Source: Lama glama
Taxonomy: Eukaryota
Length of the DNA: 64,000 bases
NCBI GenBank assembly: GCA_028534125.1
Contig: CM052816.1
Coordinates: 86,244,001 to 86,308,000, forward strand
Reading direction: 5' to 3'
Positions 14,201 through 28,004 of this stretch are shown here, piece by piece. Positions within the stretch are counted from its first letter, which is position 1, and every line of letters begins with the position of its first letter. The position numbers and the translations under genes are program-made. The notes below the pieces were generated by a model that was not told the origin of the DNA, searched no databases, and worked only from the letters and a program-made list of their open reading frames with translations.

Positions 14201-14854
14201 CTGAGAGAAATGTCACTTAACTGGAGAAAAAAAATCATGTTTAAGTGAAACTTTCTTTCTCAAAATGTCCTTATAACCAAAGCTTGGTAGTGACGAATGT
14301 TAGAATATGAAAGAAACAAGCAAATCTGAGTTAAATGTGAAATCCTGGAGCCTGGGTAATAGACTATATTATAATTATAATTACACCTACTTGCTTGTTA
14401 CCTCAAATGAATATTTTAGAGTTTATTTTCAGAGACCATTTTTCTTCAACTTATCCTTTGTTTAGTTGCCTCAAATCCCACATATACCTGTAATTGTACA
14501 ATTTTTTGAATACTGTAATGGTGGATGAGAAGTGGTGGATTTTTTTTTTTTTGCCTCAAAAAAGTCATCTTTAATGACTGTTTTCCTTATGAGACAATAT
14601 TCTATTCAGGGTACTAAAAATTAAGATATTAGATATTTTCACATCAAAGGAAATTCTAATTTAAAATTTTAATCTTACTTTTAAGAAATGACCATATTCT
14701 GCATCGTTAGCATCTTTGGTGTGTTCGAGAAGTGATGGATTTTTATATTTCCATTAGTAAGGTTTTATTTTCAAAGGATATCTTGAAGTTGAGTTGATCT
14801 CTAATCATTTGAAATAACATTTTATTACTACACATTACTACATTTTAATATTAC

Positions 14855-14960
14855 TTACACGTTAATGATAGGGAGATTGAAAACAGAGAAGAAAAGTAAT
14901 ATGCCCAACTCCTCAGTAAAAAAGCAGCAGAACTTGGGTTTGAACTTAGGCTTTTGAGAT
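14855..14960 (-). mobile_element. MIR SINE fragment
   Basis: 'gagattgaaacagagaag...aagtaatatgcccaa...cagcagaacttgggtttgaacttagg' matches the antisense MIR core. Confidence 0.65.
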
Positions 14961-16539
14961 GATCACATTTTTTCACCACTGGACCTTGAAGAGGGTAAAA
15001 ATATCAAAAATAAAAATTTGAATTTATATCTATTTTGATGTTTCATATATTGCCATTTGAATGACAATTAATACACATCTAGTATGCTATGATTTGCACA
15101 TTTCCTATTTATTACTAAAAATAACACTTACCCTTCAATTTGCCTGGAAGATGCTTGTAGGCCATGATATCCTGAAGTCAATTTTTACAGGAGAACACAG
15201 ATGTCTTAGTGAACTCTTAGGTTTATTCTAGGTGAGTGCCAGTATTTAGACACATGACAGTAAAAACAGTTTTCATTATTAATCAAATTTCTCTTTTTAT
15301 CCAGAACTGAAGAAGGGGCATCTTCCAAGTACCACAAGAGAGGGGCAAGAGAAGGCTCCACCACAAGAGGTATGTGCTGGAATGCCTTCCAGAAAATGTA
15401 AGTTGGGTCTTTTCTGCATACACACTGTCCATGGCAGGGATACATTACAGTCCTCTGGTCCTGCAGCAGGTACCCTGGGGTTCCAAAAGCAGTGCAAAAC
15501 TAAAACCGTGGCCGTAATTACAAGGCATGCAGTGGACATCTGCATCGTGCCCCCTCAGCACACACAGCACCTGCACCGGCAGATGCTGGAATCCCTTTGA
15601 CCATTCACTGCTTTTACGCCTTCGGAGAGGGATCAAGATGACCTCTGAGGAAGATAGGATTTTAAGTTTTTATTTAAAATACAATAAAATCCAGGAAAAA
15701 ATAGGATGAAAAGAAAGCAATAACCAAGATCATCGATTTTCTGGAGGACGAAGGTCAGCAGAGAAAGCTTTGGTATTGAGACCCGGCCAGTGTGGCTGAG
15801 TTCTGCACACATTGCTGGAGTCCTTTCTGAGGAAAATCAGATTCAGAGATGCAAATAAACACTCCTCTGTCTCTTCTTAGCACATGAAATAAAGGTGTTT
15901 ATTGTTCAAAAATATTCTACTATGAGCTCAATGAGTATTTCTGCTGGCAGAGAAAAGATCAGAAGAGAAGGTTAGGTGGGCATTAACAAACATTTCTAAT
16001 TTTAAAACCACTTTAGTCATAGTTTATTGCAACCATATTAAAGCAGATTTTGCATTTACTTACTGAAGATAATTTATTTCATGCATGATTTCTTGGGGCA
16101 TATTCCTTTTTCCTGAAATTTCTCAGAATATTCACAGTATAGAACCATATTCCTAGTATACAGTAATATAATGGGCCTTTACAAATGTGTAGTAAAATAA
16201 TTTTAAAAAAGTTATTATATCATCACCACGAATGCCACATTAATCTCAAACTCTAAGACCCATTCACCTTATTCACAGAAATTCACGCTTTATTTTTTTC
16301 TAGGTTGATGTGAAATACTGAGTTACAACTGCTTCTTCTGTTTAGCAATCTGAGCTTTATGTGCTGATTTTTGTTTCTTATAGATTTATTCCAAACTATG
16401 GTTGCTAGTATAACTACTCAGCCTTTGTGAACTTCATATATATCTTGTTGGCCAGAAAAATGAACAAGCAATAAAATAAAACAAACCGAATGCCCTCTTA
16501 TATTCAGAACACCTGAAAAGAAACACTTCTCTGTGGCAG

Positions 16540-16960
16540 AGACAAGAAGCTATCTACCAAAATCTTTTCTCCTCTCCATAATACGGAGTTGTAGCTTAAG
16601 ACTGAATACTTAGGCAAGAACTTTATTTCCGAATTCCTTTGCGGTTAGGGGTGATCATATTATTAGTCCTTCCCCATAGAAAGTGAATGGAACTTACATA
16701 CCCTACTTCTAAACCAAGGCTTTTAAGAAACCGTTGTGCCTCTTTCATGATCTTTTTTCCCCATCCAATGACTGAATCTCATTGCAAATGATATCCTATG
16801 GGATAGCTGAGCTGTGAGACAAGAGGAACTAGGATTCTTGCAAAAGTGCGCCAAAGAGAATGGTCCCATCAGCTTGATCAATCACCAAGAACTGTTTTAT
16901 GAGAAAGAATTTTTTTTGATTCTTTTGAGCCATTGCATTCTAGTGCATCTTCATAAATAC
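16540..16960 (+). mobile_element. Old MaLR LTR (MLT1I/J-like)
   Basis: 'tttatttccgaattcctttgcggttaggggtgatcat' and 'ttatgagaaagaat...ttgagccattgcatt' resemble MLT1 motifs. Confidence 0.6.
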
Positions 16961-18279
16961 TTCCTCTCTCTGCTACTGCCTACACAGCCTCCTTAAGTTT
17001 CCCAGAGACCTTAAAGTCCACGCAACTATCTAGGAGCTTTTGTAACTTGGCCTGCTTTCCATGTGAGCAGACACACTTTGCAAATACTCGAGTGTGGCTC
17101 TTGGGGTTGGGGGTGGAGGGGCAGGGATTCTTGTAACTACTGACACACGATGGAAATATTTTTACTGGAATGATAAACATGACATTAATAATGCATGTGT
17201 TTTTATGCACATATAGTGCCAATATATATGTATGTATAGTTAAACTATGTATAGTGATTTTACCATTTCTTAAGGTAGAAATACATTCCCTTGAATTTCA
17301 TAAACATTATTTGCTGTGCCCATGAACATTCATTGACAGGTTTGATGAGGCTGCACATCCTGCTTTCCTTTTTCAGACAGCAAAAGCTGTTTCATGGAAC
17401 AAGTGTTTTAGATGAAAATGAATAGGTAGGAAATAAAACTATAATGTAAATCTAGGCCCATAGTTGGATAGTTGACAGCTGCATGTTTGAAGGAAAAAGT
17501 AGTCAATATTTTCTGTGATGATAGACTGAAAAGGGATTAAAATACAGCTGGATTTCATCTGATACTTCTCAACAGTGCACATTTCCTTCAGACTTGAAAC
17601 AAGTATCTGGATGAGTTTGAAGCGTTAGAACTATTCATCAATCATAAATTTTATTGCTTTTCTTTGAATATAAATATTGATAATTTTCATGAATCTAAGC
17701 TGGTATTTCAGAAATAAGAAATCCATTGCTAAATACTGCTTGTAATAGGTTCCCAGTTGCTTATGTATGACTATGTAATTACTCCTCTGAGATCCCAGTA
17801 AAATAATGTCCTTAATCCATATTTCTTAGAACTTGCAAAAAGAGATGACCACACACCAGAGAGTTCATAAACTGTGTTTTGAAGAACATTGCAGCCACTT
17901 AGTTTCTTCTAGATATGACATACTTATGTTCAGATATGTGCTTAATCAGTATGCTTTAAATATTATCCAAGAGAAATAAGACCTTGTATATGTAGCACAC
18001 CCCCTCAAACTATTGGCCACCCTTCCATTAACATTAAATAAATTTAGTTTATTAAACAAAACACATGCCCAAATATTTTCCTTTGTTTTATGTTTTTCAT
18101 GCAGAATGTTATGTTTATTTTTTCTATTTTATTGTGCATGATATTAAAGTTCCTGTTAGAATACAGATATACATTGTATGAGGGAAAGACATTCTTAATT
18201 ACCAGAAAACACAAGAAACTCACACTATCAGCCTACAATGTTGTGAGAGCTAACAACAAAGACTAGGTTGATATTCATC

Positions 18280-18790
18280 CTGTCTCTAAGGACAAAGACT
18301 GTAGCCTGGCCCACAAACCCTGATCATCTGTTCTCCATCTGCTTCCCAATTCTCATTTAGCATCATGCTCTGTACTGCAGCTATTCTGACCTCTCTGCAG
18401 TTCCATCTTGAACATTTCAGGCTATTTACCTTGCCTGAAATTTTCTTCCCCTGCTCATCCACTGAATTCAGTCCTTATCTAGTCGAACCTTACTTTCTAT
18501 CAGATCTTACTTCAATAGTTAACTTCCTCAGGAAAGCCTACACTAGCCTCTACACCTCAGTGATGTTCACTTAATATATACTTTCTTATCAACATGACCC
18601 TCTCCTTTACGTCTCTTATCCTGTTCAAAAATGTTTTGTTTGCATGACACTCTGTTGAATGTTACTCTTTTTTGCTAAGCTGCAAGACTATGAGATTGTT
18701 GGTCCCCTTCATATTTTAATCACTTAAAAAAGGTGTTGCACATAGCTAGATCTGAATAAATATCAGTTAAGTGTGTGAGTGAATGAATGA
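18280..18790 (+). mobile_element. L2 LINE 3' portion
   Basis: L2 motif 'acttcctcaggaaagcct' and tail 'tgaataaata...gagtgaatgaatga'. Confidence 0.75.
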
Positions 18791-19574
18791 AGTAGGTTTT
18801 ATTTTTACCAGGATCAGTGTCCAACAAAAAGAAAATTAGATATTAATTGAGCTATTATAGTCTGTTTGATGATGTCTTTAAAAATGTTTTAATATATTAT
18901 AAAATAAAATGTATTTTCAAGTCAGCTTTGAGGGAAAAAAAGATGCTTCCTTTCCAAACTCTTAGAAATTTCAGTGAGAAATCTGGTAGCAAGAAAAATG
19001 CAATCTGTGAGCATAATATTTAGAAAGATGGAGTTTCAGCAGCCCTTAGACATTCTTAGTTTTAAAAGTATGCTCCCATAGTTATCAACCCTCTTGCAGA
19101 TAAAAACTATATAGCCTGTATAAGATATTAAGAAAACAAACAAACAAAAAGAGAGAATAACCAAAAGGAAGGAGATGAAGAAGGAAAAGAAGGAGGAGGA
19201 GGAGAAAAGGTAGTTGTTGTTTTTCATGGGAAGTCAACATTTGGAAGAAGGAATAACATTCTGGAGATGCGGATGACCCTGAATGGGATATCTGTATATT
19301 TGGTCTTTAAGACTAAGAGGCAAATCAAACTCTGATAGAAAAACTGCAGCAGTTCTGCCTTGAATAAAAAAGAGAGAATAGTATTTGGGACCACCAGATA
19401 GTAAAACAATGCTTTAAAGTGATGAAGGAATCCTAAGAAAAGAGAGAACAAGAGAGAAGCAATGATAAATTATGTGTATAATGTATACTCAGATTGTTAC
19501 CTGACCCATGAACCACACGTACAGAGCATACACTAAATGGCACAACAAAGGCTAAAATCACCAAACCAAATTTT

Positions 19575-20972
19575 TTAAAATTGAAGTATAGTCAATTTAC
19601 AATGTTGTGTCAATTTCTGGTGTACAGCATAATGTTTCAATCATACATATGCATATGTATATTCATTTTCATAACCTTTTTTATTATAGGTTAATTCAAG
19701 ATATTGAATATAGTTCCCTGTGCTATACAGAAGAAACTTGCTGTTTATCTATTTTATTTATAGTCGTTAGTATCTGCAAATCTCAAACTCTCAATTTATC
19801 TCTTCTCACGCCCTTTCCCCCCAGTAACCATAAGTTTGTTTTCTGTATCTGTGAGTCTGTTTCTGTTTTGAAAATAAGTTCATTTGTGTCTTTTTTCTCT
19901 TTTTTCTTTTTTTTTTTTAGATTCTACATATAAGTGATATCATGTGGTATTTTTCTTTCTTTTTCTGGCTTACTTCCCTTAGAATGATGATCTCCATTTC
20001 CATATATGTTGCTGCAGATGGCATTATTTTATTATTTTTTGTGTCTGAGTAGTATATTCCATTATATAAATATACCACAACTTCTTAATCCAGTCAATTG
20101 TTGATGGACATTTAGGTTGTTTCCATGTCTTGGCTGTTGTATATAGTGCTGCTATGAACACTGAGGTGCATGTATCTTTTTGAATTAGAATTCCCTAGTG
20201 ATATATGCCCAGGAGTAGGATTGCTGGATCATACAGTAAATCTATGTTTGGGTTTTTGAGGAATCTCCATACTGTTTTCCATAATGGCTGCACCAAACTG
20301 CATTCCCACCAACAGTGTAGGAGGGTTCCCTTTTCTTTCCTCAACACACTCTGCAGCATTTATTGTTTGTGGACTTTTTAAAGAGGGCCATTCTGACTGA
20401 TATTAAATGATACCTCATTGTAGTTTGAGTTGCATTTCTCTGAATATTAGCGATACTGAGCATTTTTTCATGTGCCTATTGACCATTTGTGCGTCTTCAT
20501 TGGAGAATTGCTTGTTTAGGTCTTCTGCCCATTTTTGGATTGGGTTGCTTGCTTTTTTCTTATTAAGCTGTGTGAGCTTTTTATATATTCTGGAAATTAA
20601 TCTCTTTCAGTCATATAATTTGCAAATATTTTCTCCCATTCCATAGATTGTCTTTTTGTTTTGTTTATGGTTTCCTTTGCTGTGCAAAGGCTTATATGTT
20701 TAATTAGGTCCTATTTGTTTATTTTTACTTTTATTTCTATTACCTGGGTAGACTGCCATAGGAAAACATTGCTGAGACGTATGTCAGAAAATATTTTGCC
20801 TATGTTTTCTTCTAGGAGGTTTATAGTCTTATGTCTTATGTTTAAGTCTTTGAAACATTTTGAGTTTATTTTTGTGTATGGTATGAGGGAGTATTTAGCT
20901 TCATTGATTTATATGTGGCTGTTCAGTTTTCCCAGCACCACTTGCCGAAGAAACTGTGTTTTCTCCATTTGT
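19575..20972 (-). mobile_element. 5'-truncated lineage-specific L1 (3'UTR plus ORF2 C-terminus)
   Basis: Antisense L1 3' end 'ttgaagtatagtcaatttacaatgttgtgtcaatttctggtgtacagc' with continuous ORF2 homology. 10-bp TSD accaaatttt at 19565-19574 and 20973-20982. Confidence 0.95.
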
Positions 20973-20982
20973 ACCAAATTTT

Positions 20983-22690
20983 GAGTTTATATCCAAGAGA
21001 CAAAGATTGTAGTTTAAGTACAATCAGATTAACTGTCTGCTAAAACAAACCCACATGTACAAGTATCAATACCATTTGGAGGAAGGTAACAGAACCCAGA
21101 GTTTCCAAACATAGCATCCAAAATGTCAAGGTTACATCTTAAAATTATTAAACATATGAAGAGATAGAAAATGTGACTGGATTTCAAGAGGAAAGGCAAT
21201 ATAAAGAGACTGACCACAAGTATTAGAATTAGCAGATAAGAATTTTAAAGCAGTTATCGTAACTATGATTATTGATGAAAAGGAAAAAATGCTCATAATG
21301 AATGAAAATGTAGAAAATTCCAGCAGAATAAAGTGAACTGCAATAAAAATACGAACAGAAATTCTAGAACCAAAATATTAAATGTCTGAAGTAAAAATTT
21401 CACTAATTGGATATGGATTGGATTCAAAGATCATCATGTCCCAATTTCCAGGACCTTTGAATTTGCTATTTTACATGGCTAAAGGAAGCTTGCAAATGTG
21501 ATTAAGAGAACAGATCTTGGAATGGAGAGATTATCCTGGATCATCTGGTGGTCCCACTGTAATCACAAGGATGTTTAAGTGGAAGAGGAAGTCAGAAGAG
21601 AAAATCGGAGGGGAGGACATTACTGTGGGAGAGGTCAGGGAGATACAAAGACTCCACTTACTTCTGCTGGCTTTGAAGATTGAGGAAGCTGATCACAAGC
21701 CAGATAAGCAGTGGCCTCTAGAAACTGAAAGAGGGAAGAAAACAGATTATCCCTTAGAGGCTCCAGAAAGGAATACAATCCTACAGACACCCTGAGTTCA
21801 TTGACTATAGTCCAATGAGACCCTTTTAGATTTTTTAAACTACAGATAGTAATATAATTTTTGTGTTTCACTAATCAATACTTGTGTGGCCATTTGTTGC
21901 AGAAGCAATGTAAACCTAATACAGTGGGCTGACCAGCGAAATAAAGGTGAAAGATGAAAGAGTCAGTGAGCTTGGTGATCAAACAATAGTATTATCCAAT
22001 GTGAAAACAAAGATCAAACACGAAGAAGAGGAAGAAGAAGAAGTTGAAAGAGAAGAGGAAGAAGTAAATGAAGAATAAAGATGTCTCTATTTCCAGATTC
22101 CATAATAATTAACAGAGATCTTAAGGGTAATGTAGAACAACCACTAGAACTGTTATGCAAATTTAGCAATGCTGCTGAATATAAAGTCAATATACACAAA
22201 TTTTAGTTTATTTTATACTTTAGTAGCAAGTATTTGAAATATAAAATTAAAAATAACATCGAAACAAATATTAAGGAATAAATTTAGAAAGAAGCATGCT
22301 AACATGCACTGTTTTTTTAATTAGTAAGAAATACTAAAGAACACATAACTGAATGGAGATCATGATTTGAAAGACTCAGTATTGTGAAGAAGACTACTCT
22401 TTCCAAAGGAATCCACAAATTCAGTTCAGTCTCAATAAAAACGTCCCACAATCTTCTTTTGTAAGAATTGAAAAACTGTTTTTAAAATACATTTGGATAT
22501 GCAAAGGGCCTAGACTATACAAAGCAATTTGCTAAAAAGGGCAATATTGTAGGATTTATACTGCATATACTTTAAGACACAAGAATTAATACAGCATGAT
22601 ACTAGCCTAAAAATTTACACATACACCAACTGAATGTAATAGAGAGCTGAGAAATATTCCAAGTTGATACGGTCATTTTATTTTCAACAA
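20983..22690 (+). mobile_element. Older L1 (ORF1 and ORF2 pieces), host of nested insertions
   Basis: ORF1-like 'ttagaattagcagataagaattttaaagcagtta' and ORF2-like 'gaaagactcagtattgtgaag'. Resumes at ~24186-24455. Confidence 0.8.
21408..21922 (+). mobile_element. MaLR solo LTR, MLT1D-like, nested in L1
   Basis: 'ggagagattatcctggatcatctggtggtcccactgtaatcacaagg', 'ctggctttgaagat', terminus 'aacctaataca'. Confidence 0.9.
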
Positions 22691-24180
22691 CATAGACCAA
22701 TGATACAGAATAGAGATCCCAGAAATAAGCCACTGTATATACAGTCAACTAATATATGACAAGGGAACCAGGAGCAGTCAATGGAGAAGGATTTGTCTCT
22801 TTAATAGATGGTGTTGGATGTTGGATAATCACATGCCGAAAAAATGAAGTCGGACCCCTAACTTACACCACTCCAAAAGGATTAAAGACTGTAACATACG
22901 ACCTGGTATCATAAACTTCTAGAAGAAAACATAGGGAAGAATCTTTTTGACTTTGGTCTTGGCAATAATTTTTCAGATATGACACCAAAAGCACAAGCAA
23001 CAAAATTAAAAATCAACAAGTGGGACTACATCAAACAAAAGCTTCTGCACAGCGGAAGAAACAATCAACAAAATGAAAAGCCATCTTACGGAATGCGAGA
23101 AAATATTTGCAAACCATATATTGGATACAGAGTTAACATCCAAAATATATTTTTTAAAAAACTCATGCAATATAATAACAAGAACAACAAAACAATGTGA
23201 TTACAAAATGAGCAGAGAGGACTGAATAGGCACGTTTCCATGGAAGACATACAGATGGCAACAGGTACAAAAATCAGTGCCCAACATCACTAATCATAGG
23301 GAAATGCAAATCAAAACCACAATTAGATAGCACCTTACCCCTGTTGGAATAGCTATCATCCAGAAGACAAGAGATAACAAGTGTTCTGTGTGGCAAAAAG
23401 AGAAATTTTTTGCACTGTTGGTGGAAATGTAAATTAGTATGCAGTATGGAAGTTCCTCAAGAAATTAAAAATAGAACTGCCATATGATCTAGCAGCAATC
23501 CCACTTCTGAGTGTATATCTAAAGAAAATGAAAACAAGATATTGAAAAGATACCAGCACTCCTGTGTTTATTGCAGCATTATTCATTCACACTAGCCAAA
23601 ATGTGGAAACAACCTAAGTGTCCCTCAACAGATGCATGTATAAAGAAGATGTGGTATATATACAATGTACTACTATTGAGCCATGAGAAAGAAGGAAGTC
23701 TTGGCATTTGCAGCAACATACGTGGACCTTTAAAGCATTACACTAAGAGAGAGAAGTCAGACAGAGAAAGATAAACTTTGTATGACATCATTTAAATTTG
23801 GAATCTATAAAAGCCAGACTTGTTAAAATAGAGGGTAAAATGGTGATTATTAGGGGTTAGAGGGTGGGGAAATTGAAGAGATGTGGTTTAAGGGTACAAA
23901 CTTGTAACTAGTAGATAAATAACTTCTGGAGAGGAGGTCTAATGTACAGCATAGTGATTATAGTCAACCATACTGTTTTATAAACTTCAAAGTTGGTAGG
24001 AGAATAGATCGTAATTGTTCTCATCACAGAGAAGAAATGATAATTACATAGCAGAATAGAGGTGTTAGCTAATACTGTGGAGGTAATCATATTGCAATAC
24101 ACAAATGTATCAGATCAACAAGTTGTACATCTTAAACTTATACAATGTTATGCCAATTACAGCTATATTTTTAATTAATT
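22690..24180 (+). mobile_element. 5'-truncated L1 (L1MA9/10-like 3' end)
   Basis: ORF 22979 'MTPKAQATKLKINKWDYIK' and ORF 23571 'AKMWKQPKCPSTDACIKKMWYIY' are L1 ORF2p C-terminal motifs. 3'UTR 'ggtacaaacttgtaactagtagataaataa...gtaatcatattgcaata'. Confidence 0.92.
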
Positions 24181-24676
24181 ATTAATAAAGACTGAGGACA
24201 CAAAATTGGTGAGGATGTGGAGCAACCAGAATTCTCAAACATTGCTGACTAGAGTGTAAAAGGATATAAACACTGTTAAAAGTTCTGAGTTACTGGTAAA
24301 AGTAAGTATATTCTTATCATTTGATCAATTAATTATAATTCTAGCTATTTACCCAAGATAAATACATGCATATATCTACAAAGTAACATTTTTGCAAAAA
24401 TTCACAGCAACTTTATTTATAATATCCCTAAATTGAAAGCATCCCAGATGATCATATGTATACTTTTTATTCCTTAAGTTTTACAAATTTCTTAGTAAAC
24501 TTGGTATTGATCAGAAGTCGTATAATATGTTTAGTGTTTCATCCAAAATAATTCTAATTAAAATGATCATTTCAGTCATTTTCAAGAAATATTTTTCACC
24601 TTAAAAACATGATTTAAGGAATCCTGCTTAGTGGCAATTTTTATGTAATAATATAGACAGATGATAAATGATAGAA

Positions 24677-24740
24677 CGGAAGGAAGAAGGGAGGAAGGAA
24701 TGAAGGAAGGAGGGAGGGGAGGAAGGAAAAAGGGAGGAAG
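24677..24740. repeat. (GGAA/GGGA)n purine-rich low-complexity tract
   Basis: Seen directly. Confidence 0.85.
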
Positions 24741-25774
24741 ATTAATCTTGATTTCACACACTAAAATGCAATGTGATAGAGAAACAGTTGGAAATCCTCC
24801 TTTCACAATTCTGTCTGAACTTGCTAAACCCTTAAATATACATGCTGAGTTTCTTATGATAATTGGATTAATTTTAAGGAGCAATGATATCAGATTAATA
24901 GTGAATAAGTTTATGGTCATCAAAAGAGAGGATATTTTACTTATGTCTAACACACACACGCAGACTAAGAGGTATTTAAAAAGTGTTTTAGGATATCCAA
25001 TGGTTAAGATAAAAGTTATTATCAGATATTAGAACTCTTACAGAGACAATAGCAATAGTAAAAATACAAAATGTTTCTACAGGTTGATGATTATTTGTAC
25101 CATGAATTGAATGTGATTAATCTAATTCTGTATCTTTGAGATACAAAAGAAAAGAGAAGCAAAAAAGAAAAGAAAAATATAAGTAAATACGTTTGGTAAA
25201 GATAGACTTTTAAGAATGACTATATAGATAAAAAAGTGTAAATATGCATATTACATTTTATTACTCACTATAGAATGTAAGATTCCATTAACATAACTAC
25301 TGAGCTCAGTAATTTGATTCATGGTAAAAGGCATACGGTCAGTCTTTGCATAGCAGATCTATTTAATTCTTGACCCCTGATAAAATATATTAAGGAATGC
25401 TCAGAGGTCTTCCAAATGGAGAAATTCCAAATTTACAACTTACCTAAGCTCTTCAGGATATTGCTATCTCTAATCCTTGTTGATTTTAATAGGAAAATCT
25501 CTCCATAATTCTCATCTTTGGGCTTTTCTCATAAACCTACAAAGATTCAAATGAATTAGAAATCCATCTTGAATACTAAGAAACAGATTTCTGTTATTTA
25601 TGCTAGGTTACCTAACCCCTCTTTCACTAAATATCAGGAAAAAATCCAACTTGTTTTTTTTTTTTCATTTTGTTTTGAAGAAACATGGTAAAAATGGTTA
25701 TCTTATGCTAGATTTATACAATCATCTTAAACTTTGAATATTTCAAGCATTCTCCTCGTATAAAAATAATGCAT

Positions 25775-26420
25775 ATTCTCATAAATATTTACTAAACAGC
25801 TACTTTGTCTCAAACACAGTTCTAGATATTGAGAATGTTGTGTTGGCACAAAAAATAATATCTCTCTTTCACAGGGCTTTTATTTTGATTGGGAAGCTAA
25901 ACATAGTCTAATACACACACACAGTGTTTCTGATTGTAGCAAGTGTGAACAAGTAAATAAAACTGTCTTTTATGATATAAAGGGACTTGGAAGTACCACT
26001 TTAGGTTTGGTCTTCAGAATATAACTATCTGAAATACTGGTGGTCTTACTGAGAGAAACCATGTGAATATCCAGGAGAGTGCATTTTAGGCAGATGAAAG
26101 TGTGAAGGCTCTGAAATGTGCATGAACTTGGCATAATTTTAGAACTGCCTGAAAGCCAGCATGGCCAAAAGAGTTGGAGTGCAGGAGAGAGGGAATGAAG
26201 TTGGAGGAATAGGGAAGTTCACGTAGGAACTAAAAGTCATTGCAAATATGTGTTTTTTTCATAAGTATAGTAGAAATCACTGACAAACCGTATGTATTTT
26301 CTAAATATTACTGTTTTACACTGTGTATATTAACATGTAGACAAACATGGAAGTTGGAAGTATAAAGAGCAGTTAGTGACATTCATTGTAATGTAGGCAA
26401 GAAATCACATCTTGGAAAAG
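25775..26420 (-). mobile_element. L2 LINE fragment
   Basis: Begins 'aaatatttactaaacagctactttgt...cacagttctagat' (antisense L2 tail); 'gcattttaggcaga...gtgtgaaggctctga'. Confidence 0.7.
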
Positions 26421-27169
26421 GATTTTAACAATGACGAAAGAGAGAAATAAGTATTTTAAAAATAGGATCAAAGATGCAGTTTGGGCCTTCCTAATATACT
26501 TTATCAAATCCAAGTTAAGCTATCAAGAAGGCAGTCATGTATATATGAGCCTGAGACTCCAGGGAGATACAAAATTAACTCTAAGAGAGTTAGAAGAAAA
26601 CAATAGAAATGTGGGTTAGAAGTGTATCACGGCAGCCAAAAATGAAACAAAAACAAAAAGCACCAAAAATTAATTCACATATGAGCTTTATAAGTAGGAA
26701 TATTAACCTCAGAAAAAGCTCCAGCAATACTATTCTAGTCTTCCTTTATCAGACAAGACAAAGTACTGTATTTATTTTTGATCATTACCTCTTAAAAATG
26801 CTCAAGGTGGTAAAGAGTTAAATATTTAAATGAGGAACATTGGAAGAAACTGAGGATCCTTAGCTTAAATAAATAATGTCAGAGTAGCCACAATACTTGC
26901 TTTTTAATATTTGCTTTGCCTTGAGTAGAATTTGAGGGCAGATTTATGAAGGGTATATATTAAATACAATATTGCACTACTGGGAATATTAATCTAAATA
27001 ATTAGATTAATCTGAAAGAATGTGAGTCTCTATCTTTTGCACTATTTATCAACCTACTCCTCCTTACTGTGGTTTATTGAGTAAGTCACTGATTCTCTTT
27101 CAAAAACTGTTGAAGAATTTGTTCTCAGCCTCAAAAAAATTGATACATTCTATGTATAGATTTATCAAA

Positions 27170-27290
27170 TAGTTTATCATTCAAACTGGAACAAATTTGA
27201 GTATAAAGGAGGCTTTATTAATAATGAAGCTGGAAAAACAGTCAAGTACAGAACTGCCCTGGACAGACCAGGATGCACAGTTAACCTTGT
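27170..27290. mobile_element. hAT-Blackjack-like (MER94/MER81-type) fragment
   Basis: 'gtacagaactgccctggacagaccaggatgcacagttaacct' resembles a Blackjack terminus. Confidence 0.45.
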
Positions 27291-28004
27291 AAATGATAAA
27301 CCCACACCATCCTTACATTGCTTCCCTAACACCCTTAACTATTTAATCCTCTGCGCCTTCAACCCTCTTTGCCACCCATACATATAGCCATTACCTGGGC
27401 AATATTATGCCTCCTAACTAATCCACTCTAGCTGTTTTAAACTGTGATAACCCAGATCTGAATGCCGTCCCTTAGTCTTTCTATTTTTCATTCCAGTACC
27501 GGAGATAGTTGACAGATTTTACCTTGACTTAAGCAACTCGCCGTTTAGTATAGACCTAATATTTATTCTCCCGAACCATTTCTGTTCTTCTGCTTCACTT
27601 GCTCAGTTAAGCCCCAACTTGGCATCATCCAGCAACACAGAATTCCACACCTTGCTGAGTGGTCATTGCATAACCGTACAGGGCTGGTATCTTTAACACC
27701 CAAAATGTTTGTCTTTCTTTCTATGCTAAGCAGCAATCCTTTGGCATGTTCAGTTACCTTTCTCTTTCACATCTCCTCTCACAACCCCCCAAAATTCACC
27801 ACTAATTAATGACATTGAGTTAAGCTGGAGTGGATTTTGTCCAAGTACTGACCTAAAATATCTTTATTTCGTTTTACTCCTCCTGAAAAAATACTTTTGT
27901 TCCTATATAAGGACAAGTTCTTTACTTGAGCTCTTGTGTTTTTGTTTTTGTTTTTTTTTCCAACTATTACTCTGAAACATGGGTTCATCAACTGCTATCT
28001 TTAT

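Noticed and set aside
19607..24102. Cluster of ORFs as a protein-coding gene
   Set aside because: All are sense or antisense translations of L1 and MLT1 sequence.
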